A stretch of DNA of 64,000 bases from Geosiphon pyriformis uo1. Taxonomy: Eukaryota; Fungi; Glomeromycota. Both the position numbers and the translations under genes were made by a program. Position 1 is the first letter of the stretch. Each line of letters opens with the position of its first letter. Positions 11,201 to 22,951 of this stretch are shown piece after piece. Below the pieces are notes generated by a model, which had not been told where the DNA came from, searched no databases, and worked only from the letters and a program-made list of their open reading frames with translations. The stretch lies in assembly GCA_016748015.1 (NCBI GenBank), contig JAAOMT010000098.1:338190-402189 (forward strand), written 5' to 3'.

Positions 11201-14200
11201 TGAACTGACAACGACAAAAATGAGCCAACACCAAACTGGAAATGAAAAGAAGAAAATGATAAAGAAAAGGGAAAAGAAAAAGAAGAAGAAACAACAACCA
11301 CCAACACCACTTCTTCTAACTCCTACACTTACACTATACCACCGTGATCTATCTATTGTCGACCAAAACTTATATGCATCAATTGTGGCAAGAAATTGTT
11401 GTTAATGAGTGCATGCTGTGACAATAATGAAGAATATGCAATAGTGACCAAATTCTACTACCATGCATGTGTCATAAAAAGGTTTGGATGACCAAAGAAG
11501 CAAAAAAAATGGGACAACCAACCTTGTCTCATTTGTGGAGAAACTTTCTTGGATGAAAAAATGTGGAACAACATTCCAGGGTGAAAAGGAACATGTAACA
11601 AATTGTGCCAATACACAATTCTAATCAGCGACTGAATAAGGAAAGGAACACTAATAGAAGCAGTCTGGAGAAGAGCAGTACAACAATTGAACAGTTGTCC
11701 ACATGATGATGACAAGATCTGGCAAATGGCAATTGCAAAAATAGAAGGAGCAATATCTGAAAAAATTAGAGAGATTAAAAACAACTCATCAGAGCCTATA
11801 GAACTTGACTGGGATGAAGAACCAGCCATAAATTTCCTGAAACCAGAAGAATTTCATGAACACTATCAAATTTTGGCACCCACAAGAGAAGAATAGGAAA
11901 AGCATTTAGCACAGTTAAATACTCAACTATGTGACCACTGTTTAATTCTATGTGACTTTCAATATTGTAATGAGTGTGATCTCATTTACAATCCACCACC
12001 ACGCATAATCTACACGATTCCAGAGGAAAAAGAACCAATTAGCAGCTGCACATCAGAATTGGAATAAACTTTCAATCCTAATTCAAACTCCAACAATGAC
12101 GACTACAAAAACAACAGCTTTAGTTCTGCTCTAAATAACAATGAAAATTACAACAATTCAAACTCTAATTCAAACCCCAAAACATTTATTGCACTTCCTG
12201 ATCTTTTCAAGGAACAGGAACTCAAATGGAATAGTGATAATAATAAAGGTATTATGCCAGAATGCGCACATAATACTGACACAAGTTTTGATCTAAGATA
12301 TCTGGGAAAAGAAGCCATCAAATTGGAACTAAAGTCATGCACATATATTGATCTTAAAATAGCTCTGGAAATTCCAGCCACAACAATGGTCCAATTAGCA
12401 TCTAAGAGCAGTTTAGTAAAAAAAGAAATCAAGATTAGAGGAGGAATAATTGATGCAGAATACATAAGAAATATCATCGCCATGCTACAAAATGACTCAG
12501 AAAAGACCTATATTATAGAACCAAATGAAAAGATAACACAGGCAATATTCTTACCTCTGGTGAAAATAGTTCAGTTAGTTTTAGTGGAAAAGAGGGAAAA
12601 ATTAAGTATAACAGCAAAAGGGATACAGGGATTTGGATCAATGGATAGAATAGATATATTAGTTAATATGACAGAGGAAGAAATTGTTGACAAAGGAGAA
12701 ATTATCTCAACCCATCAAACAATTTCCATTCCGCCATACAACCAGTATATGTTAGCCATAAAAAGGAAAATAAGAGATCAAGCTCAATTGTTTGAAGCAG
12801 AAGCCACTAATTGTAAATCAAGAGAAATTGGACTCACCAATCTTTACATATCAGCCAAAAGCCCCAAAAATATCAAAATTCTTATCTACAACACAACTAG
12901 AAGTGTTATCAAAATACCAAAGAGAACTATCATTGGATATTTAACCACCAAAGTTGAGAATCAACCACCAAACCACATTCTGAACTTTTCACAGCTTTGT
13001 GGATATGTGGATATTATATTATAAACCATCTACAGAAGAAGTGAATGTTATTTGCTTCAACCAGAACAATTAGAACAGATGAACATGGGGAATCTAGATT
13101 CACTTCAACAGATGCAACTCAAGATGTTACTCAACAATTTCAATGACATTTTTGCCAGCGAAAATGAATTTGGCTGAACTAACATCATCTAGCATCAGAT
13201 CAAGACTGAAGATGCAATGCCAATTAAACAAAGAGCATACAGAATACCATCAGCTAGCCATGAGATTATTCATTTAGAAATTAACTGAATGCTTGACAAT
13301 AGGCTAATTTAGCCATCAATGAGTCTATGGTCATCACCAGTAGTACTAGTCCGAAAGAAAAATAGAAAAATCTGCTTTTGTGTAGATTACTGGAAACTGA
13401 ATGGAATAACAAAAAATAATAGCTATTCAATGCTTTTGGAGAAAATAAATGGTTTTCAACACTAGATTTAGATAGTGAATACTGGCAAGTAGCCATGGAT
13501 CCAGCTGACAAAGAAAAAACAGTGTTCACCACAAGAGAAGGAAATTTTGAGTTTGAAGTCATGCCATTTGGCTTGATGAATGCTCCAGCAACATTCCAAT
13601 GGCTCATGGAGATTGTCTATACTGAATTACTATAGAAATCAGTAGTTGTATACTTGGATGACACCAATGTGTTCTTAAAAACATTTAATAATCATCTGCA
13701 CCATCTCCAACAAGTGTTCAAAAGATTAAAAAGAGCAGAATTGAAACTAAATGCAACTAAATGCTTCTTTGGAAAAACTGAACTCAAGTTTTTGGGACAT
13801 GTAATAAGCAAAAATAAAATCAAAATGGATCCAGACAAGATTGAAGTAGTTAAGAACTTTCCGGTACTAACCAACTTAACAGAACTAAGAGCATTTTTAG
13901 GTTTCGCAGACTATTATTGCCGTTTTATCAAAGACTTTTCAAAACTGGCTCAGCCATTTTACCATCTACAGACCAAAAATATGAAGTATGAATGGACTGA
14001 AGCTCAACAAAAAGCATTTGACACATTAAAAAGAAAGCTTATCCAAGCTCCAGTATTAATATATCCAGATCACAGCAAACCATTCATAATCACCACTAAT
14101 GTATCAGGTCAAACATTGAGAGCAGTACTATCACAGAAAAAATCAGATGAAAGAGAACATCCAGTAGCTTACATTAGTAGAAGCTTAAGTCCAGCTGAGA

Positions 14201-14454
14201 AAAACTATGGAACTTCAGCACTAGAATACTTAGTTATCTATTGGGCTGTCATCAAATAGAGAGAATACTTGAGTCAAAAGTTTGAAGTGTACACTGATCA
14301 CAAAGGATTGACTTCAATTCAGAAACAAAAATTTGCAGATGATCACCATACCAGATAGAAAATAAAACTTTCACCATTTAATTATACAGTACATTATAAA
14401 AGAGGAAAAAACAATGGAAATACTGATAAACTGTTATGAATAAGACAAATCTAA
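8300..14454 (+). pseudogene. gag-pol: Gypsy B polyprotein Gag-ZnK-PR-Cys-rich-dUTPase-RT-RNase H
   Basis: LILDSGSAG protease; RT WSSPVVLV, FCVDY, MPFGLMNAPATFQ, YLDDT; RH HPVAYISRSL, EYLVIYWAV; ends at TAA 14452-14454. Confidence 0.92.
12254..12649 (+). pseudogene. dut: Trimeric-type dUTPase domain of gypsy B
   Basis: Degenerate motifs 1-5: (A)SFDL, ASKSS, GIIDAEY, KITQAI, AKGIQGFGS. Confidence 0.9.
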
Positions 14455-14486
14455 AAACATTTCAAAAAAAAAAAATATAACAAAAG

Positions 14487-15853
14487 ATGAATACACAAAA
14501 ATACCAACAACTCCAGTATTATATAAATACTCAATTGTTCAAGGAGAAATTATCTCAAAAGGAATAAAACAACAATCAAAATATTTTATCAATTATTAAA
14601 ATATACTCTATTGGAAAGACAGAAAAAATCCAGACCAACCAATCAGAGTAATCACAGAACCAGAGAAAGAGACAATATTATTCAACATGCACTTAGATCC
14701 AACAGCAGGATATTTTCATAAAGAAGCGACCATAGAAAGAACCAGAAAAAAATATTATTGGCCATCAATGTATCCAAACATTATCCAATATGTTCAAAAT
14801 TGTGATGCTTGTCAAAGAAGAGGAGGAATAAGACCAAGTGAACCATTAAGACCAATCAAAATAGAACAACCATTTGATTGCATTGGAATTGACTTAGTTG
14901 GACCATTAACAATCACCAGTAAAGACCACAAATATATTGCAGTAGCCATAGATTATCTCACTAAATGGCCAGAAGCAAAAGCCATTCAAAGAGCAAATGC
15001 AGAATCCATTGCCAAATTCATTTATCAAGATTTAATATGTCAACACAAATGTCCAAAAGAACTATTATCAGACTAAAGAACTCACTTTGTGAACAGAACA
15101 CTAACAAAATTGAGCCAAAGATTCGAAATTAAAAGACCACTATCATCACCATATCATCCACAAACAAACGGTTTGGTTGAAAGATTTAATAGAACATTGT
15201 ATGAAACAGTCGCCAAACTTAGCCAAAAAAACCAGGATGAATGAGATTTGTTTATACCATTAGTACTATTTACTTATCAGACAATGAAGCAAGATACTAC
15301 ACAAGCAACACTATTTAAATTAGTATATGGTAGAACAGCAACAATACCAGTTGAGATAGAAGTTAACACATATTTAACTGAACCAATAACAGAAGAAAAT
15401 TTCCAGGAAACACTGTTGAAAAGAACATATGACTTAATGGAAACATTGAAAAACAAACAAAGAAGAGCAGCTGATAATATTCAAAAGTCACAAGAGAAAC
15501 AGAAAAAAAGACATGATAGTCAACTACCAAACAAACCAGTGGAGTTCAAGATTAGAGACAAAGTACTTTTACATTGTACCAAAGTGAAAAAACAATGAAG
15601 TGAAAAATTTGACCCCAAATGGGATGGACCATTTTACATAGAAGAAATTCTAAGAAATGGAACTTATAAACTAAGATAGAACAACAAAATCTTAGCCAAA
15701 GCAGCACATAGTAATTGACTGAAACCATATTACCAAATAGCATCATCATTCATTAATAACATTCCACAATTAGGAGTACAATGAATACTAGTTTAACCAA
15801 ATAAAATTCCACAAAATCTGAAACCAATCATAATCATTAGACCAAACACGTAA
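14487..15853 (+). pseudogene. Gypsy B integrase, separate ORF with own ATG
   Basis: HHCC (MHLDPTAG(H)F..CDAC), IGIDLVGP, LLSD, TNGLVERFN, KWDGPF; no chromodomain. Confidence 0.9.
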
Positions 15854-15912
15854 AATCAGACAGTAAAAGAGTATATAAAGAGACAGTATATGTGACAAAG
15901 CAACCAAGAAAA

Positions 15913-16546
15913 ATGGAAATATTAGATCATATTCACACTATAGCTCAACAATTATTCCAGGCCTTAAGTTAACAATTTTTAGACATGGAAGTTATTGTTA
16001 ACAATTAAACAATTTACTATTAAAACACCAAAAGAAAGATAAAGAATACATCATATTAGTGAGTACCAAAGAATGATAAAAACTGGTCAGACAACATAAT
16101 AGAAAAAGTAAAGAACACTTTTGGAAAAATACCTAATGTTATCAACAGAAGAACTGACAAAAGAGAATTAGAAACAATAAACAGAACAACTTCCAATATC
16201 ATACTGTTACTATTAATTAGGTCAAAAGTTGAATATTTAGGAGTTGTATATTAACAAATCCAAGAGAATATTCAACCAAGACATAATACAACAAATTGAA
16301 GAATTTATCAGAAAGAAAACAAATTCAACACTACATGTTAAAACAATGTACTGACTACACAACATATTTTAGAACAACCCAGAAATACTATTATACTCTG
16401 AAATAGAAACCATAACCATTAACCAATAGGGAAGAATAAACAATACACAAGTAGAAGACGTGAGAAACAGAGTTGAACAAACAATACTGGAAAAAAAAGT
16501 ATTAAAATTAATTCAAAACAAAGATTTTGATGGAGCTTAATATTAA
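15913..16546 (+). pseudogene. Gypsy B ORF3, ~210 aa, unknown function, env position
   Basis: MEILDHIHTIAQQLF...ENWKQWTEQLPISYCYYQL...DFDGAQY* after repairing C>T/G>A stops and one small frameshift; homologs in A and C. Confidence 0.7.
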
Positions 16547-16556
16547 AAGAAGGAGA
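16545..16556 (+). promoter_or_regulatory. Polypurine tract of B
   Basis: AAAAGAAGGAGA 3 nt before the 3' LTR. Confidence 0.8.
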
Positions 16557-16559
16557 TAA

Positions 16560-17454
16560 TGTTACTCATAAAAAAAAACAGATATAAAAAAATAGTAGAC
16601 CAATAAGAGAATAGTATTTAGCATGTAAGCACATTGCTCAGCAATATAGAGCAATGTTAGAAATTATGGCACGTTGCTCAACAATATGGAGCAATGTCAG
16701 AAAACATGGCATATTGCTCAGCAATATGAAGTAATGTTAAAAAATTAGAGCACATTGCTCAGCAATGTGAGCATTGCTCAAAAAATTATAGCACATTACT
16801 CAGAAATGTGAGCAATCTTATAAAACATCAATTATGTATATATAGCAGTAGCATTAGAAGTAGAAAAAGCAGAATTCTTCTGTTAGAAATTTTAAAATCA
16901 CAAATATTAAATAAATAAATCATCTACTATTTAAATTCACTTTCTACTATTAACACTTTATGTTGATAGCAAGTAATACTTAACCATGCTAGAACAATAG
17001 CTCTTGATCATGGCTATTGATGGGATACTAACTTGTTTATTGCCTTGGCTTATTCTTTATTTTTTTTCTTTTCATTTTCATTTTCTTGATTTTGATTTTG
17101 TTGGTTACTAAAACTTAATTAAAGATTAAAGTACTGAGTTATTAATGTCATAGATAGCCTGGTAAAAGACCTAGAAATAAGGGTAGAATTATATATATAT
17201 TATCAGATAGCTTACCAGAAGAGCACAAATGCCAGAATAAATCCGGCCACCAAGCTGAGAAAAAAATTAGGAAACAACTTACAAGAAAACTGCTAATAAT
17301 ATAAACAAGAAATCTCTGTTCATTATACAAAAGACTCAACTTTAAAACCTTCAGACACTATTAACATACCAGTATTACCAGTCTTGTTAAGATATTGAGC
17401 ACCAAGTTATAGATTTGTTATTTGATTTGAGATCCCAAATAATTATCTGTAATA
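16560..17454 (+). repeat. 3' LTR of gypsy B (895 bp)
   Basis: TGTTAC..GTAATA; carries four ~40-bp U3 repeat units. Confidence 0.93.
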
Positions 17455-20032
17455 ATGCCTAGAACAGTTGAATACTCAACTATGTCAACACTGCTTAATT
17501 TCCTGTGACTTCCAATATTGTAATAAGTGTGATCTCATTTACAATCTACTACCACGCATAATCTACACAATTCCAGAAGAAGACAAACCAATCAACAGCT
17601 GTACATCAGAATCAGAATTGACTTTCAATCTCAATTCAAAATCTGACAATGATAATGATGAAAATAATAGTTCCAGCTCTGCTTCAATTAGCAACAAAAT
17701 TTACAATAATTCAAATTTCGATTCAGACCCCAAAACATTTATTGCACTTTCTAACCTCACCAAGAAACAGGAACTTAAATGGTTCAGCAATAATAGTGAA
17801 GATATTATGCCAGAACACACACATGATACTGATGCAAGGTTTGATCTAAGATATCCAGGGAAAGATCTTCTCAAATTGGAACCACATTTGCACACTTGCA
17901 TTGATCTGAAAATAGCACTAAAAATTCCAGCAACAACAATGGTTCAGTTAGCATCTAGGAGTAACCTAGCAAAAAAGAAAATCAACATCAGAGGAGGAAT
18001 AATTGATACAGGATACATAGAAAATATTATTACTATGCTACAAAATGACTCAGAAAAAGCATATATCATAGATCTAAATGAAAAGATAGCATAGGCAATA
18101 TTCCTACTTTTGGTAAAAATAGCTCAGTTAGTGTTAATAGAAAACAGGAAAGAATTAAGAATTACTGCTAGAAGGATACAGGGATTCAGATCAATGGATA
18201 GAATAGATATACCAGTTAATATGGCAGAGAAAGAGGTTATTAACAAAGAAGAAATTATCTCAACCTGTCAATCAATTTCTATTCCATTATATGACCAGTA
18301 TATGTTAGCCATAAAAAGAGAAGTAAAAGATCAAGCTCAATTGTTTAAAGCAGAAGCCACTATTTGCAAATCAGGAGAGATTGGACTCATTAATCTCTAC
18401 ATATCAGCCAAAAGCCCCAAAAATATCAAAATTCCTATATACAACACAATAGGAAGTGTCATTGAAATACCAAAAAGAACTATTATTTGATATTTGACCA
18501 CCAAAGTTAAGGATCAATCACCAAATCACATTCCAGATTTTTCACAGCTTTGTGAATATGTGGACATCACATTACAAACTATCTATGGATGAAGTAAATG
18601 TTATCTGTTCCAATCAGAACAATTGGAACAGATAAATATGGGGAATCTAAACCCACTTTAACAGATGCAACTAAGAATGTTACTTAACAATTTCAATAAC
18701 ATTTTTGCTAATGAAAATGAATTTGGTCACACCAATATCATCCAGCATCAGATCAAGACTGGAGATGCAATGCTAATTAAATAAAGAGCATACAGAGTAC
18801 CACCAACTAGCCATGAGATTATTTATCAAGAAATCAATTGGATGTTTGACAATAGGCTAATTCAGTCATCAATGAGTTCATGGTCATCACCAGTGGTACT
18901 AGTCTGGAAGAAAAATGGGAAAATCTGCTTTTGTGTAGATTACTGGAAACTTAACAGAGTAACCAAAAGAGATAGCTATCCAACTCCAAAGATCCAAGAA
19001 CTATTTGACACTTTTGGAAGAAATAAATGGTTTTCAATACTAGATTTAGATAGTGATTACTGGCAAGTAGCTATGGATCCAGCCAACAAAGAAAAAACAG
19101 CATTTACCACAAAAGAAGAAAATTTTGAGTTTGAAGTCATGCCATTTGGCTTGATGAATGCTCCAGCAACATTCTAACAACTCATGAAAATTGTCTATAC
19201 TGGGCTACTATGGAAATCAGTAGTTGTATACTTAAACAATACAAATGTGTTCTCCAAGACATTTGATGACCATTTACATTATCTTTAACAAGTATTTGAA
19301 AGATTGAAAAGAGCCGAATTGAAACTAAATGCAACCAAATATTTCTTTGGAAAAACTAAACTCAAGTTCTTAGGACATGTTGTAAGCAGAGATGGAATCA
19401 AAATAGATCCAAACAAAATTGAAATTGTCAAGAACTTTCCAGTACCAAATAATCTCACGGAATTAAGAGCATTTTTGGGATTTGCTGGATACTACTGCCA
19501 CTTTATCAAGGACTTTGCCAAAATAGCTCAACTATTACACCAACTCCAAACAAAAAATGTGAAGTATGAATGAACGAAAACCCAACAAGAAGCATTTGAC
19601 ACATTAAGAAGAAAGCTTATCCAAGCTCCAGTATTAATGTATTCAGATTACAGCAAACCATTCATCATCATTATCAATGCATCTGGCCAAGCATTAGGAG
19701 CAGTACTATCACAGAAAGAACCAGATAGAAGAAAACATCCAGTAGCTTACACCAGTAGAAGCTTAAGTCCAGCTAAGAAGAACTATGATACTTCAGCATT
19801 AGAGCACTTAGCTATCTATTGGGCTGTCATCAAGTAGAAGGAATACTTGAGTCAAAAGTTTGATGTGTACACTAATCACAAGGAATTGACTTTAATCCAA
19901 AAACAAGAATTTGCAGACAATCGTCATGCCAGATGGAAAATAAAACTTTCACCATTTAATTATACAGTATATTATAAAAAAGGAAAAAACAATAGAAATA
20001 CTGATAGACTATTGCAGATGAGACAAATCTAA
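17455..20032 (+). pseudogene. pol: Gypsy A polyprotein 3' part: Cys cluster - dUTPase (17807-18200) - RT - RNase H
   Basis: CQHCLISCDFQYCNKC; DARFDL, ASRSNL, GIIDTGY; WSSPVVLV, MPFGLMNAPATF; ends RQI* at 20032. Confidence 0.92.
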
Positions 20033-20062
20033 AAACATTCCAATCCAAAAATATAACAAAAG

Positions 20063-21438
20063 ATGAATATACAAAAATACCAACAACTTCAATATTATAT
20101 AAATACCCAATTGTTCAAGGAAAAATTATCTCAAAAAGAACAAAGAAACATAAAACAACAATCAAAATATTTTATCAACTATCAAAATATACTTTACCAG
20201 AAAAACAGAAGAAATCCAGATCAACCAACCAGAGTAATTACAGAATCAGAGAAAGAGACAATATTATTCAACATGCATTCAAATTCAACAGCAGGACATT
20301 TTCATAAAGAAGCAATCATGGAAAAAACTAGAAAAAGATACTATTGGTCATCAATGTATCCAGACATCATCCAGTATGTTCAAAATTGTGATGCTTGCCA
20401 GAGAAGAGGTGGAACAAAACTCAGTAAACCATTGAGACCAATCAAAGTAAGACAACCATTCGACCACATTGGAATCAATTTAGTCGGACCATTAACAATT
20501 ACTAGCAGAGACAACAGATATATTGCAGTAGCCATGAATTATCTCACAAAATGGCCAGAAGCAAAAGCCATTCAAAGAGCAAATGCAGAATCTGTTGCCG
20601 AATTTGTTCATCAAGATCTAATTTGTCAACATAGATGTTCAAAAGAACTACTATCAGATTAAAGAACTCATTTTGTGAATAGAACATTGACAGAATTAAG
20701 TCAAAGATTTGGAATTAAAAGACTATTGTTATCACCATACCATCCATAAACCAATGAATTAGTAGAAAGATTCAATAGAATACTGTGTAAAGCAATCACC
20801 AAGATCAGTCAAGAAAACCAGGACAAATGGGATTTGTTCATACCATCAATACTATTTGCTTATTGAACAATAAAACAAGATACCACACAAGCAACACCAT
20901 TTGAATTGGTATATGATAGAACAACACTATTACCAGTTAAGATAGAAGTCAACACATATCCAACTAAACCAATAACAGAAGCTAATTTCCAAGAAACATT
21001 GTTGAAAAGAACTTATGACTTAATGGAAACACTAAAAAACAGATAACAAAAAGCAGCTGATAACATTCAAAAGTCACAAAAAAAACAAAAAAAAGACATG
21101 ATAACCAACTACCAGATAAACCAGTTGAATTTAAGATTGAAGACAAAGTACTTTTACATTATACCAAAGCAGAAAAACAATGGAGTAGAAAATTTGACCC
21201 CAAATGGGATGGACCATTTCACATAGAAGAAATTCTTGGAAATAGAGCTTATAAATTAAGATGGGACAATAAAATCTTAGCCAAAGCAGCACATGGTGAT
21301 TGACTGAAACCATATTACCAGATAACATTATCATCTACCAATAACATTTCACAACTGGGAGTACAAAGAATACTAGTTCAACCAGATGAGATTTCACGAG
21401 ATCTGAAACCAATAATAATCATTGGACCAAACATGTAA
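20063..21438 (+). pseudogene. Gypsy A integrase, separate ORF with own ATG
   Basis: MNIQKYQQL start, MHSNSTAGHF..CDAC, IGI(D)LVGP, LLSD, LVERFN, KWDGPFHI. Confidence 0.9.
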
Positions 21439-21497
21439 AATTAAATAATAAAAGAGTATATAAAGACACAGTATACGTGACAAAAGCAACCAGAAAA

Positions 21498-22126
21498 ATA
21501 AAAATATCAGATTATATTCACACTATAGCTCAACAATTATTCCAGGTCTTAAGTTAACAATCTTTAGACATGGAAATTATCATTAACAACCAAACAATTT
21601 GCTATCAAAACACCAAAAAAAAGACAAAGAATACACCATATTAGCAGTTACCAAAAAATGATAAAAACTGGTCAGATAACATAATAAAAAAAGTAAAGAA
21701 CACTTTTGTGAAAATATCTATTATGGCACCAACAGAAAAACTTACAAAAGAGAATTGGAAGCAATGGACAAAGCAACTTCTAATATCATACTGCTACTAC
21801 CAGTTAAGTTGGATATTCAGGAATTGTATATTGACAAATCTAAGAAAGTATTTAACCAAAACATAATACAGCAAATTGAAGAATTTATTGGAAAAAAGAT
21901 GAACTCAACATTACATGTGAGAACAATTTATTGACTGCACAACATATTTTAGAACTATCTAGAAATACTGTTACACTTTGACATAAAAACCATAACTATT
22001 AACCAATGAGAAAGAATGAACAATACACAAGTAGAAGATGTGAGGAACAGAGTCAAACAAACAATACTTGAAAAAGAAGTATTAGAATTAATTCAAAACG
22101 AAGATTTCGACAGAGCTCAATATTAA
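21498..22126 (+). pseudogene. Gypsy A ORF3 (start ATG>ATA)
   Basis: Collinear with B ORF3: IHTIAQQLFQ..ENWKQWT..DFDRAQY*. Confidence 0.7.
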
Positions 22127-22137
22127 AAAGAAGGAGA
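22125..22137 (+). promoter_or_regulatory. Polypurine tract of A
   Basis: AAAAAGAAGGAGA before the 3' LTR. Confidence 0.8.
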
Positions 22138-22140
22138 TAA

Positions 22141-22947
22141 TATTACTCATAAAAAAAGAAAACAGATATAGAAAAATAGTAGACCAATAAGCAATTAGTA
22201 GTCAGCATGTGAGCACATTGCTCAGCAATGTGGAGCGATGTCAAGAAGATATAACATATTGCTTAGCAATGTGAGCATTGTTTGAGAAATTATAGCACAT
22301 TGTTCAAGAATGTGAGTGATTTTATAGAACCCAAGTTATGTATATATAGCAGTAGTGCTAGAAGTAGAAAGAACAGAATCTTTTAGTTAAAAATCTTCCA
22401 TTCAAAAATATTAAATAAATAAATCATTCACCATTCAAATTTACTCTCCACTATCAACACTTTATGTTAATAGTAATTGCTACTTAACCTACTCTGAAAC
22501 AATAGCTCTTAATCACAGCTATTAATGGATACTAAACTTGTATATTGTCTTGGTTCATTTCTTTATTTTCTTTTATTTTCTTTTCTTTTTTTGATTTTAT
22601 TGCTGTATACTAATGGATAAAAGATTAAAGCACTGAGTAATTGACATCACAGATAGCCTGGTAAAAGACCCAGAAATAAGGGTAAAATTATATATATATT
22701 AACAGATAGCTTATCAGAAAGGCATGACTGTCAGAATAAGCTGGCCACCAAGCTGAAGACAGAAATTGGAAACACAACTCACCAACCAACTACATCATCA
22801 TTGAATCTTTGCTCATTATACAAAGGACTTAACTTTAAAACCTTCAGATACAACCATTGCACCAGTATTACCAGCATTATCAAGATATTGAGCACCAAGT
22901 TATGGATTTGTTATTTGATTTGAGATTCCAAATAATCATTTGTAACA
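22141..22947 (+). repeat. 3' LTR of gypsy A (807 bp)
   Basis: Shares A-specific variants with 2879-3684 (e.g. AATCTTCCATTCAAAA, GCTGTATACTAAT). Confidence 0.95.
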
Positions 22948-22951
22948 TTGG

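Larger units (their letters stand above)
7372..17454 (+). mobile_element. Ty3/gypsy copy B, structurally complete, nested in A in the same orientation
   Basis: LTRs 7372-8237 and 16560-17454, PBS, PPT, TSD ATAC/ATGC; removing it restores A's frame (EQ(R)LEQLNTQLC). Confidence 0.95.
2879..22947 (+). mobile_element. Ty3/gypsy LTR retrotransposon copy A (dUTPase-bearing, non-chromoviral), contains nested copy B
   Basis: Matching LTRs 2879-3684 and 22141-22947 (TGTTAC..GTAACA), PBS, PPT, 4-bp TSD CTGG/TTGG, domain order PR-RT-RH-IN. Confidence 0.95.

Noticed and set aside
4671-13874. Numerous antisense ORFs recurring in A, B and C
   Set aside because: They are shadows of the A/C-rich sense codons; recurrence reflects copy homology, not independent genes.
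15600-15853. Chromodomain at the integrase C-terminus
   Set aside because: After the GPF motif there is only a short P/I/Q tail with no aromatic-cage pattern.
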